Positions 40,826-53,407 of a DNA stretch of 64,000 bases are shown one piece after another. The position numbers and the translations under genes were made by a program. The notes below the pieces were generated by a model, which had not been told where the DNA came from, searched no databases, and was given only the letters and a program-made list of their open reading frames with translations. Position 1 is the first letter of the stretch, and each line of letters starts with the position of its first letter. This DNA comes from Felis catus (lineage: Eukaryota), in contig NC_058373.1 of the NCBI RefSeq assembly GCF_018350175.1, positions 101,124,001-101,188,000 of the forward strand, written 5' to 3'.

Positions 40826-41999
40826 TTAATTGTTTAATATATGCTGGGCTAAAAGAAAAAAAAAGAAAAAAGAAAGAAAAATATTGCTTGTTATATGGCT
40901 GGAGATTATTTCTATACACAGCACTGTCATTTAGTCTCCAAGCTCAACAATGAATGACTAGTGCACCTAATTTTCCCCATGAACATTCTTCCTTGGCATC
41001 TTTCTGCCATTTTGGACTCCCCAATCCAAGTTACATGATGTCATTTTCATTTATTGGGTATAATTACTAAATTATACAGGCCCTAAATCCACATTCTTGT
41101 ATTCTCGCCCAACCCCCCCCCCAAAAAAAAAGAAAAGAAAAGAAAGAGAGAGAGAAATGTTCTGTGAAATGAAAATTACACATCAGAACTCAGAACCTAC
41201 TGTCCCAGGAAGCTCTCAAACCACAGTGCCTCCACATAGAACTCACAGATACCTCTAAGATAAGAATGCAAAAAGCCAACCTTATACCCCTCTTTCAGAT
41301 TAAAATTTCCAAATCTAAAATAACATATGTTCAGGCTAAAAAACTGACAGAGGTATTACTTCCACATTTTAACAGATTTTATTATTTACAAAGCATTGGA
41401 ATACTTCTTTTTTTTATGAGATTTTTTTCAGATATATTTCACTGTCTGCCAAGGCATAAGGTGTCCACCATAGACATACATACTCCAATCACATTTCAGA
41501 TAATATTGCTTATCTCTCATCCCAGCAGAGGAACATTCTTGTGGGATTTTATTTGTAACAAACTTATGCTGAGAAAACTAGCTCTGGAAGTTAATCCCCC
41601 TAGCTTTCAGTCCCCTTGATGGCAAGTGAACATTTAGCAGGTATTTAGCAGGTATTTGTCATCCTTTTTGTCAAGATCAGTAATGTGTTTTATCCAGATG
41701 AATCAAAATATAGGGAAGGGTTCAGTAAGAGCATACCATGTGGGTCACAATACAATTTAGAACCAGCTTTGCTAGGACACCTGATCCTAAAGGAATTTAT
41801 AAAATCTCAATCTGCAAACACTGAAGGCCCATTATGAATAGGACACTGTCTTGTACTGCCCAAGTAGATACACAGGAATAACACTATTCTTACCTTCATG
41901 ATTGGCACACAATTAAAATAAAAGCTGGGATGGGTCACATGAGAGATTTGTCTTTGAAGGAATAGAAGATGACCTCTGTTTGGGAGAATCAAGAAAAGG

Positions 42000-42214
42000 T
42001 TTTTTTAAATGATTATTTATTTATTTTGAGAGAGAGAGAGAGCTTGAGGAGGATGGTGAGGAAGGGCAGAGAGAGAGGGAGAGAGAGAATCCCAAACAGG
42101 CTCTGTGCTGTCCGTGCAGCCTGAATCAGGCCTTGATCTCAGGAACCATGAGATCATGGCCTGAACCGAAACCAAGAGTCAGACGCTTATCTGACTGAGC
42201 AACTCAAGTGCCCC
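42000..42214 (-). mobile_element. CAN-SINE
   Basis: Reverse SINE body; TSD aagaaaag(g/c)tttttt. Confidence 0.93.
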
Positions 42215-43151
42215 AAGAAAAGCTTTTTTAAAGAAGCCTCTTTAAAGGCTTTGGGATGAGCCTTCATGGAGACATAGAATCCATTGTTGAAAAGTAAATA
42301 CAAGGGAACAACATTGAGGAAGCGCCAAGCAGAAACTGCAGACTAGAGGAGGAAATGCAAAGGGTTTAATAAGAATGTGGCTGAAGATTAGGCTGAAAAA
42401 ACCGACAAGCATCATTACGGTGAACCTTGAAGGCCGACTGAAAGATTTGTGCGTAAATAAAAAAGCAGAGGGGAGCTACTGAAGCCTGTGGGGTGGAGGT
42501 AAGTGAGATCAGCCCCAAACTTCTGGATGCTGCTGGCAGCAGTGTCTAACATGACATGCAGAGAAGGCAGAAGGGATGATGGGAGTGGACTCTTCGGGTG
42601 CTATAGCAGCACTACAGATAGTAGCATCTGAAAAAAATGAGAAACTTTTGTGAGCCCCAGCAGAAGGGAACAGAGAGGTAGAAAGGAAAGAAACAGGATT
42701 TGATTGGTGACAGAAAGATGGCAGTTCTGTTACCAGCAATAAGAATGTCAAGAGGAGAGATGGCTTTTTACATCAGTGGAAATCACGGTTTGATCTGGGA
42801 CATAGTCACTTGCCATTGGCACATGCACAGGCATTTTGAATAGGTCTAGAATTTGGCCCTGGGTTGTGAATTGGGGATTCCCCACTCCAGTGATAGCAAC
42901 AGAAACCATGGGAGCTGGTCAGTCACCAAGCAACGGGGCATGGAGAAGTTTACCTTCTACAGGCAGGTAGGCAAGATACTGGAGGATAAGAGAGTGTGGA
43001 TGAAAAATAATGTGTGTGCTTTTGAGCCACACAGACCTGGATTCAAACCCGAGTCCATCTCCTAATAACTCTGTGACCTTCAGACATCTGTTTTGAGAAT
43101 TAAATGTGTACGTAAAGCAACCAACACAAATGCCTGCTACAAAGTTAAGTA

Positions 43152-43301
43152 GAGTAAAACCTTGGATTGCGAGTAACTTGTCCTGTGAGTGTTCCGCAAG
43201 ATGAGCAAACATTTCTAATACATTTCAACTTGGTAGAGCAATGTCTTACAAGTTGTACATGATGCTGAATGTCACATGATCACAACTGAGCCAATGGTTC
43301 T

Positions 43302-43334
<33 letters not shown>

Positions 43335-44003
43335 GAGGGATTGTGGGTGATCATCTCCCAGACTTAGATGGTCAGTTTCAGACCACGGTATTTGGCAGAA
43401 ATTAGTGATTTTTCAGAACGTTGCACTAGTGTATTTTTTGTCACTTCCAAGCACCTATGGACAGTCCTTTGCTTTTCCATACAAGAGTAAGCTTAGGAAT
43501 GCTTGGCTTCATTCTAGGTCAGGCCTCCTGCAAATAGAGACCCTTTCCTCTGCTGCTTTATTGCCAGTTTCATTAAATACAGTATATGACAAGAATTTAT
43601 TAATACTGTACTGCAGTCAACATCTGTATGAGCGTATACAATGGCCCCCATGCAGAAAAAGATTCCATTGAGCCAATAGATAGCAGTGATTCCATTAGTT
43701 ATAGTGAAAGGCACTCTACACAATAACCCTCCTCTCTCTTGTCTCCCTCACACCAGCCATGAAGGCTTTCAAAGGTAAGTACAGGTTAATTTGTTTATTT
43801 GTCTTTATATTTTGTATTTTCTTTATTATTTTGTATTATATTACAGTACTGTAATCATTTTTAGATGAATATTTTTGGGTTGTGGAACAAATCATCTGAG
43901 TTTCCATTTTTTCTTATGGGGAAATTTGTTTTTGATATACAAATGCTTTGGATTACAAGCATGTTTCCAGAACAAATAATGCTCACAAATCAAGGTTTTA
44001 CTG
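43152..44003. mobile_element. Non-autonomous Tc1/mariner (Tigger/pogo-type) DNA transposon with both termini
   Basis: Left end TA|gagtaaaaccttggattgcgagtaa; right end reverse-complemented TA|cagtaaaaccttgatttgtgagcat. Imperfect TIRs of about 25 bp, TA on both sides, no transposase-like ORF. Confidence 0.85.
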
Positions 44004-44026
44004 TATTATGAATGGGAGTTAATTCT

Positions 44027-44242
44027 TTTTTTGTTCAATGTTTATTTATTTGTTTTGAAAGAATAAGAGAGCATGAGCAAGGGAGAGGGCAGATGGGGAA
44101 AGAGAGAGAGAGAGAGTATCTCAAGCAGGTTCCTTGCTGAGCATGGGGCCTGACATGGAACTGGATCCCCTGACCCTGGGGTCATGACCTGGGCCGAAAT
44201 CAAGAGTGGAGTGCTCAATGGACTGAGCCACCCAGGTGTCCC
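44027..44242 (-). mobile_element. CAN-SINE
   Basis: Reverse head gactgagccacccaggtgtccc; TSD atg(g/t)gagttaattctt. Confidence 0.93.
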
Positions 44243-45058
44243 TAGATGTGAGTTAATTCTTAAAACCATTTCTGGTACTATTACCCATTCCTTTTGATTA
44301 TCTTTCTATTATATTTGAAAGTTCATATTTCCAGAAATTCAATTTCCAAAACGATAGGTAAATATACTTTAGTATCTACAGGAAGGAAATATCTCATTTT
44401 AAAAGAAAATGATAAAAAAATCAATGATTTTTCAGAAAGGCCTTTGATTTGCAATCCACTATAATCATCTGAGAAGGCATAGACTCACATAGTTCACATG
44501 AGCATTGGTGGGGCTCAGGGTTCCACTTTCCAGTTGACCACCCTCTGTCATAATTCTCTATATTTCATAATAAAAATAAAACACATTCTTGAGCAGTCAT
44601 ACAAAAAGTATGAATCTACATGAAGCTGCAAAGTTGTACCAGTTACATCATCTGAACAACATGGATTATTATTGTTTATCCACCACAAATGTTACTGGTC
44701 CTAAGCAAGTGAGCAAGCTTCTTTAGCCACTGAGACTTCCATTAATGAGACCCAGTGGTTTGTATAAGGACTCGTTAGTGTGTCAGAAATCAAGACATTC
44801 TCAGACAAAAGAAAACCAAGAGAACCTGTCACTAGCACACCTAACCTAAACCCAAGGACTGAAGAAGGTTCTCTAAGAAGAAAGGAAATGATAAAAATAG
44901 GAACCTTGGAACATTAAGAGCGAAGAAAGAACACAGAAAGCAAATATATTCATAAAAATAACAGACATCTTTTCCTCTTGAGCTTTTTAAATTATGTTTC
45001 ATCATGAAAGCAAAAATTATAACACTGGCGGATGTGGTTTTAAATTAACAAAGAGGAT

Positions 45059-45172
45059 GGGGCACCTGGCTGGCTCAGTCGGAAGAGCAGGCAACTCTTG
45101 ACCTCAGGGTTGTAAGTTTGAGCCTCACGTTGGACATAGAGGTTACTTATAATATTTTTAAAAGTAAAGGAA
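45059..45172 (+). mobile_element. Short tRNA-Lys-derived carnivore SINE
   Basis: ggggcacctggctggctcagtcggaagagcaggcaactcttgacctcagggttgtaagtttgagcctcacgttgg resembles degraded tRNA-Lys(CTT); TSD-like aa(t/a)taacaaa(g/a)agga. Confidence 0.85.
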
Positions 45173-46085
45173 AATAAAATAACAAAAAGGAAATATGTAA
45201 GGCAGTTAGTTATATTGTAAATGGGGTAGGGTGAGCAATGAAATAGGAGGTGATGTGTCTACACTTTATTCAAACTTGTAAAATGTTGACAGCCCTAGAC
45301 TGTGATGATAAGTTATATAAGATACACAGACAGAGACAAGATACACATATCAAATTACGTATATAACAAGCTACAGAAACTATAACGTTATAAACTCTAA
45401 CTTTTAGGAAAAAATGTAGAGAAAAAAATCTTCAGAACATAGGGCTAAGAAAAGAGCTCTTACATTTCCCACTAAAAGTCTCAGCTATGAAAGGAAAAAT
45501 CAATCAATGGAACCTCATTGAAAAGAGTAACGCTCTGCTTGACACCCTGTTAAGAGAATGAAAAGACAAGCTACAAACTGGGGAAAAAATATTTGCAAAC
45601 CACGTATCCAACAAAGGATTTGTATCTAGAAACTGTAAAGAACTCTGAAAACTCAGCAGTTAAATCCGATGACAAAATGGGCCAAAAAAAGCACTAATAG
45701 ACATTTCATTGAAGAGAATGCGCTCACAACAGATAAGCCCATGAAAGAGGTACAACTTCGTTAACCATTAGGGAAATGCAAGTTAAAACCACAATGAGGT
45801 ATCACTTCACACCTATCGGAATGGCTAAGAGACAGTGAGAACACCAAATGCAGACAAACTGCATAACTTACAGGTTACTGCTGACGGGAATGGACAATAG
45901 TACATCCACTCTGGAAAACACGTTGGTAGTTTCTTTTTTCTTTCTTTCTTCTTCTTTTTTTTTTTTTGAATTCTTCTCCAGGCCTGCTTGGTCTTTTTAC
46001 ATACTCTATCTGGCCTCACGTTTTCAAGTCTTCTGTGTCTTCGATAATTTAAGACACACTTCCTCTAAGTCATTATCAGGCAATG

Positions 46086-46308
46086 TTTTTTCTTTTAATT
46101 TTTCTTAATGTTTATTTATTTTTGAGACAGAGAGAGACAGAGCATTAGCATGGGAGGGGCAGAGAGAGGGAGACACAGAATCTTGAAGCAGGCTCCAGGC
46201 TCTGAGCGGTTAGCACAGAGCCCGATGCGGGGCTTGAACTCATGAACCTCGAGATCATGACCTGAGCCAAAGTCGGACACTTGCCCAACTGAGCCACCCA
46301 GGAGCCCC
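46086..46308 (-). mobile_element. CAN-SINE (SINEC_Fc type) with apparent 3'-transduced extension to 45936
   Basis: Reverse SINE head ends at 46308; see finding on transduction. Confidence 0.95.
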
Positions 46309-49300
46309 AGCAGTTTCTTAAAAAACAAAACATCCAACTACCAGATGACTTGACAGTTGCATTCATAGGCATTTATCCCAGAGAAATGCAAACTTATGTT
46401 CACACAACAACCTATGTAGGAACGCTCATAGCAGCTTTAGCCACAATAGCCAGAAACTGGAAACAGCCCAGATGTCCTTCACTGGGTGAATGTTGAGACA
46501 AACTAGGGTACATCCATGCCATGGAATATCACTCAGCCTTTAAAGGAACAGACATCTAATCCGTGAAAGGAGTTGGATCACCATCCAGAGAACAATGCTG
46601 AATTGGGGGGGGAGGAAGCTAACCCCAAAAGTTACATATTTTATGATTCTATCTACATAATATTTCCCAAAGGACAAAATTTTAAAAATCAGTTAGTGTT
46701 GCCAGTGGTGAAGGACAGACCTGAAGTGGGATATGAATAGTGGTTCAGAGCTCTAGAAAGGCAAAATGCAGGATTCTCATGGTGATGGAAACGGTTTGTA
46801 TCTCGAATGCATTAATGTCAAAATCCTGACCATGATATCCTACTAGAGTTTCGCAAGATGTTTTCATTGGAGACACTGGGTAAAGTGTACAGGGCTTCTC
46901 AGTGCATTGTTTCTCCCAACTGCATATGAATCTACAATTATTTCTAAATAAAAAGGTTAATTAAAAAAAAAAAACTCATGTCAGTTCTTTCTTGCTCCTT
47001 ATTCAGATGGCATTCAGTAAGGCATCAAGATGATATATTAACAGACTCCTTTGGAAGGGGGAGGGAGGGAGGGGGGAAGCAACAGAGAGAGAGACGTGAG
47101 GGAGGTTGGGACATGGGAGGGAGGGAGGAAGAAAAGAGAAGAAAGAGATATAGACCCCACAAACGCTCACCTGACCATTCTTTGGAATCATCTGGGAGAA
47201 ATGGAGGTGGGAAGAACAGCTAGGAGTTTCCAATAGAAGGTGAAAGATGGCATCTTTGATTACAGACAGAAAACTGCTTCCTTCTCAGTAAAGAGCATGA
47301 ACTTAATGTGAGTAAGAATTCCTCTTGGCATGAAGTCGCTGGAGTGTCCGAGAAAAATTGATGGCCCACAGGGCATAATTTTGCAAATTTTAAAGTTAAA
47401 AAGATATCTCTCTATCTGTTCCAGCACATGTGTGTCCTTGCAACATGATATTTATGATGTGAATTGGGCTGATTAAATCCATTTTAGGGTTCAGGGATTT
47501 GCACAACCTAAATATCCTGGTTCTCAGGGAATGAAGAGCTTCATATTTCCTTTGCAAATTTAGTCTCACTGACATCAATAGGAAGCTGTTAGTGATAAGG
47601 AGAACTTGGCACGGGGGTGGGGGTGGGGGGGCTGTGCACAGTTGGGGGGGGTGGGGATTTAGCTGTGCACAGTTGAATGTCAATCTGAGTAAGGGACTCC
47701 TCAGCCAAGATTTCATGGAAACTCTTTACGAGCCCCCACCTGGGACTTTCATACACAGATGGTATATATGAGAAAGTATGACATGAGAGGTTCTCGAGGT
47801 TAGTAAACACAGAAGTGATGGATGCTAGAGATAGGGTAAACCTCATCATGGAATCTGGAGGCAGGCAAATTCCTGCTAGAGACTGAAAAAGAAATGGTAA
47901 ATGAACCAGGGAATTAGAGCTGATGCTGAAACATAAGATCATTACAGATGCCAAGTGCAAACTCACATCTAAGCTTCACAGAGCAAAACATAAGAGGGAA
48001 AGTTATTATCCTCCTGCAAATTCAGCTCTGGTACCCCGATATCACATAATGCCAAGAACCTAGCACCCAAAAGCCAAAAGCGATTTTAAAAGGAGACGAA
48101 GAAAGTTCTGTGCAGTATATTATCTTTACTCTGAGCAACTCCCATTGGACTAGATTTTGAATACTATACAACCTAGCAAATCTTGGGGTGAGAAGTCTCC
48201 AACGAAGCTGGACTTGTCAGGCTTACTTACCCTTTATTAATATCAGACTGGAAGTACAGTATCAGGCCAAGTAATGATGTAAAAGCCAGATAGAGGAATG
48301 TTGCTAATTGCCAAATTTGTTATGGAATTATCACATTTTCTGTTTCAGTGCTGAGCTCTGGGAGATTCGCTGAACGAAAGCCCCAACAAAACCACACATC
48401 ACAAAGATTGAGGTAAATAAAATTCAGAAAACAAGCCTGCGCATTTGGGCTCCAGACCCTCCAAAATAGATATCTTTGAGGAGAACAATCAATGCAAACA
48501 GCCTTGCTGTTGGGCATAATAAATAACTAATTTCTGCGTATAAACTCAAAGGCATGGTGGATGTGGAGACGGCAAAAATCTGGTTCCCCGCTGAAGATTT
48601 GTACGAGTATTTTATTAAGATTCATTTCCATCATGACCTTCAACCTGTCACTGCTTCCTTTCTGCCTTTCATGTTCTCTCACCTTGATGCAAGTCAAAAT
48701 ACTGTCTTGCTATATTGCTGACGTTTTATTTTAGGTAACTGTATAGTTTAACTTTGCTCCTACCATTCTTGACATATGGAAGCAATTAATTCATTTTCTT
48801 TGCCATCATTAGGATAGGAATCCCAGATATTCCAAATGTAACTTCATCAGAGATTTCCCTTAACTAATTACATAATATCTAACCCATTTTCTTAAAACTA
48901 AGACTTGCTGGTTAAGAGATAAAAAAAAAAAAAAACGGCATTGCTTATAATAAACTCTGCATGCTACACTGTAATTTAAACTGTACTGTTATGTACGGTG
49001 AAGGACTGAAAGTTTAGAGTTACTCCCCTTGGCAAACATTTTTTTTAAGGATTGCTTAAATAAGCAGTACAGAAACCAGATGTCATTTGGTAAGAGTATC
49101 TGAATGACCAAAAATTTGCTGTCTGGGTATTTTTTTTCCTTTATAAAAACAAGAAAAATTCTTTGGATTTATGTCATATTTAGCAGCTGTGAAACAGTGC
49201 AAACATCTGTTTGTACCTATGGGGAGCTGACCCGCGGGTTCCTCATCTCTTAATCACCAAGCATCAAGCCAGTCTCACATGCACTGTTTATTGTTTTCTT

Positions 49301-51588
49301 TGCCGTTGCCTCCCGCACTTCAAAGTTTTTAGACGCTCATGTTCTATTGGCAGAATGGAGGAACTAATCCATTCATTATAAGACCAGATGATTAGGATTT
49401 TTTGAGACATGATCACAGCACTCTCTCCACCCAGCCTGTGCCCAGAAACCCATCCACATTTGCCTCTAAATTCATTTTGGAGTGTCTACACTTCATCCAA
49501 ATAATGCAAGATTTATGAGCCTCAAGCAAGATTATAGCAGCACATATACTAGCACAAGGCCTGCCGTCACCATTTGAGGCCACACTCTTTAAAAAGTCAT
49601 TTTAAAATAATTTGTTCCTTTTTAAACTATGCATACAGATATTACATTAGCTCTTATTTGGAGTTTTTCTGTTAGGGTTTTGCTACAATTGTTTTTTTAA
49701 AGAGCAGTAACAACGACAACAACAAAAGCCTTACCACCCTTGCACACCCAGGGAATATCAGTTTCTAAAGGCCAACATTTTTACTGCACTTTATAAATAG
49801 GGAAAGTACGCTGAATTGGAATCGAAGCTTGCCAGGTCAAATCAGCTGCTTTATTTTTACATTCTTTTTTTATATATAAAGTCTGCCAAACAAAGCATTC
49901 CTATTGCAAAAAAAAAAAAAAAAAAAAAGTAAGAATCAGCTTCATTTTTATATATTAAAAATTACTAATTAAAATAAAGTTTCATTACCATGGCTTCCAT
50001 TACAAAGAAGATACACCCTGTATAACGATGTTTCTTATGAGGATGACCCATCATAAAAACACTCCATTAATTAGAGCGATAATAAGTTCTTTGTAACAAT
50101 TGATTCTTGATCAATGAATGCCTTTGGTGGCCCTAATTCATGTAACAGACATTCTGTACACTCTGTGCTATTTGCATTGTACTCTGGAAACAAAGAGAGG
50201 GCCATGTTATAGCTGTACTCTCACCATGTGGAAATTGTACTTGGCTGATTTCTCTATTTCAAACATTCCAACTGCCCCCACAGGGTGGGATGGGAGAAGG
50301 ATGTACCCAACAAATTAAAGCCATAGGAATGTCCAGGAACTTGAAGGAATCTAAGGTAAAAACCACATGCACAACACCTCCCTTAATGTCCTGCTGGGTT
50401 CAAAGAACTTCTTGTAACTCGATGACATGCTAAAGAAAGACTAGACCTTGGATTTGTCTCATCTTTATAAGCAGTATGGGCGAATGTACATATTCTGAAT
50501 CTGGGATCCATAAAACAGACCAATTCCCAAGGTACCAATAGGTGTTCCTGGGAAAGAAGGTTCCATGGTCAATTAAATTTGGGAAATACTTATAGAAGAT
50601 CCCCTCTTTGGAACAAAGACAAGGCCTATTAACAAATTAAAGGCTCTGAGAACTACTGCAGTAAAGGCATCTTATATTGTTTTTTATTAGAAAAAAACCT
50701 TACAGATAAAAACATGAAGAATAATCACAAAAACCCAAGTACTTACCCAGCAGCTTAAGAAAGAAATGTTACAAATACAGCTGAAGCCTCTGTGTGCCCT
50801 TCCCCCATCACAGCCCTTCCATCTCTCAGAAATAACAAAATACTAAATGTAGATTGTGTCCATGCATTTATTAATATTTTTATTATCTTTACATATATTC
50901 GTAAACAATAAGTAATTCTGTTTTTTATGTGTTTAGATTTTCTAAAAATCATATAATACTCTAGGTATTATCCTGATAATTCTTTTGGAGAGGACTCAAG
51001 ATCATATTTATGAGACCATAATATATGTAGCTATAGTTCATTTATTTTACTGATAAATAATTTTCAGTATATGAATTCTAAAATATTATGAGAATGACTC
51101 ATCATAAAAATGCTGAATATAAAAATGAAAAATGTACGAATATATCCCAGTTTATGTATCTATTGAACATTTTGATTTTTTTTTAACAATTGCAAACGGC
51201 ATTAGCGTTGGTATGTGAATAGAGAGAGTAACCAAACAGAACAGAATAGAGGCCAGAAACAGATTCATACATGTGTGGATATTTCACACATGATGGAGGT
51301 GACCCTTGAAACTTGGTTATCAGATGGTACACTTATTTATCAAAGTGAAAAAAATTAGATTACATCTTTACTTCACACCATATAGCCAAATCATTTCCAG
51401 GTATATTATATGATCAGTTGAGACATAAATGTAAAAAATAAAACATCAAATTCCTGGTAGAAAATATATGAGAATACATTAAAGAATAATTCCAAAATCA
51501 AACCTCAAAAGCTTAAACAATGAAAAAATATTAATAACTTAGGCTATAGTTTAATTTAAAACTTATATTCATCAAGAAATACTATTTA

Positions 51589-51803
51589 GGGGCACCTGGG
51601 TGGCTCAGTGGGTTAAGCGGCCAACTTCGGCTCAGGTCATGATCTCGCGATCCATGGGTTTGAGCCCCGTGTCGGACTCTGTACTGACAGCTCAGAGCCT
51701 GGAGCCTGTTTCAGATTCTGTGTCTCCCTCTCTCTGACCCTCCCCTGTTCATGCTCTGTCTCTCCCTGTCTCAAAAATAAATAAAACATTTAAAAAAAAA
51801 AAA
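51589..51803 (+). mobile_element. CAN-SINE (SINEC_Fc type)
   Basis: Perfect 15-bp TSD aagaaatactattta at 51574-51588 and 51804-51818. Confidence 0.97.
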
Positions 51804-51829
51804 AAGAAATACTATTTAAAAAAAGCAAA

Positions 51830-52060
51830 GGGGCACCTGGGTGGCTCAGTTGGTTAGGCATCCAACTTCAGCTCAGGTCATGATCTCATGGTTTGTGGGT
51901 TCAAGCTCCATGTTGGGCTCTGTGCTGATACCTCAGAGCCTGGGGCCTGCTTCGGATTCTGTGTATCCCTTTCTCTCTGCTCCTCCCCTACTCATTCTCT
52001 CTCTCTCCTCTCTCTCTCTCTCTCAAAAATAAATAAAGCTTTAAAAAAAATTTTTTTTTA
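51830..52060 (+). mobile_element. CAN-SINE (SINEC_Fc type)
   Basis: Full head, CT tract and tail; tandem with the preceding SINE. Confidence 0.95.
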
Positions 52061-53407
52061 AAGCAGAAAGACAAAGCCCAGAATAAGGAAAAAATATTAG
52101 TAAAACACATAACTAGTAAAGGATTAGGATCCAAAATACATGAAAAAATACTCTAAATTTTATTTAAACCAGCACTTTCTCAAGATTTGATTCTAATTTA
52201 AAGAAATGCTTATTGACATCTCATGAAAAGAACCAGTGTCCATGGGTACAATTTGGGAAATTTTTATATCATGTCAAAACTCAGAAAAGACTTTAGCTTA
52301 GGTCTCTACCCAGCTACCCACATTTATTCTTAGCAATGTGACACTAAAACAGTTTACTGCTCTGAACTTTGATGTTTAACCTATACGTGAAAATTGGCCC
52401 TATTCTTTTATCATTAAGCTAAATAGTATGAAAATCTGGAAACTGGACTAAGAGTTACAGCTTGAGTGATCTTGCACCTTGCAATGACCTCTTAGAAATC
52501 CTTTCACCTCACCAACAGTGGCAAGACATACTTTCAGAAGTTAGGTAGAAGAAAAGCAATTCTGACAAGTTCTGTCTGAAAGATTTTCTATTATTATATA
52601 AATGTCCTCTCATGGTACACGTTCTATCTCTCACTTCCAGTAACCATCAACGTAGAGAGCAAAATACAAAGGGCAAACTATGCCCATGTCTTGACATCTA
52701 CATGAAGGCTACATACAAATGGTCACAACAAAAGTTCAAGAGAAATAAGCTGCATGAGAATTTGAAACACACATAAAAGAAGTAAAAATACATTTTTTAC
52801 CAATATTTGCAACTCCAAAGTTGCAATCAACTCAGGAAAACCATTTCAAATGAGAGACTAATCAATACAGTTCTATTTTTGAAGATTAACTCCAACATCC
52901 ATGGAGATGCCATTCTTCACTGGGACTTACAGAGTTTTTCTTCTGTCCTGAGAGAAAGAAAGCTTATGTGGGAAACCATTTTTGTATACAACACAAGAGC
53001 AGAATCTTCCTTTGCATGTTAAATTCTTCTTTTTTTTTTTTTAAAGTGGAAAGCTCTATTTCATAATAGGAAAGTTAAAAAAAAAAAAGAAACTGCTTAT
53101 AGTTCAGATATTGAAGACAATTAAAAAATTATAGTAAGAAATAAGCTTAGTATAAGTAGTTGCCTTATGTAAGTCCTGTAAATTAACTTTTCAACTTTAA
53201 TTTCCAGAAATATCACAGACTAGAAATCTGAAAAAATGTTTTTGTTTTTTAAAAAAATGGTAAATAAAATATATTAAACATTTTATTAGCAAAAAAGTAA
53301 GGAAGCTGGAAAGGTTAAATTGAAATAAGAAATCTCTGAGGTCACCTAGCACTAATAACTTTTATTCTAAGAATATCTGCTGAAACTTGACCTTCCATTT
53401 TGATGAC

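Larger units (their letters stand above)
44780..46975 (+). mobile_element. Old L1M (L1MC-like 3' end) with nested insertions
   Basis: ORF2 motifs (attagggaaatgcaagttaaaaccacaatgaggtatcac) and terminus aactgcatatgaatctacaattatttctaaataaaaaggttaattaaaaaaa. Confidence 0.85.
50520..52262. mobile_element. Charlie4-like hAT element split by an old L1M insertion (about 50680-52155)
   Basis: Left half aataggtgttcc...ggttccatggtcaattaaatttgggaaat...aaaggctctgagaactactgcagtaaag. Right half tttaaaccagcactttctcaag...tattgacatctc...aatttgggaaa. L1 sequence lies between them. Confidence 0.65.

Noticed and set aside
45059..45140. tRNA-Lys gene
   Set aside because: The stems are degraded, and it has a ggggcacc SINE head, an A-rich tail and a TSD-like flank, so it is a SINE or pseudo-tRNA.
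51574..52070. Second composite SINE dimer
   Set aside because: The first SINE has its own complete 15-bp TSD pair, so these are independent adjacent insertions.
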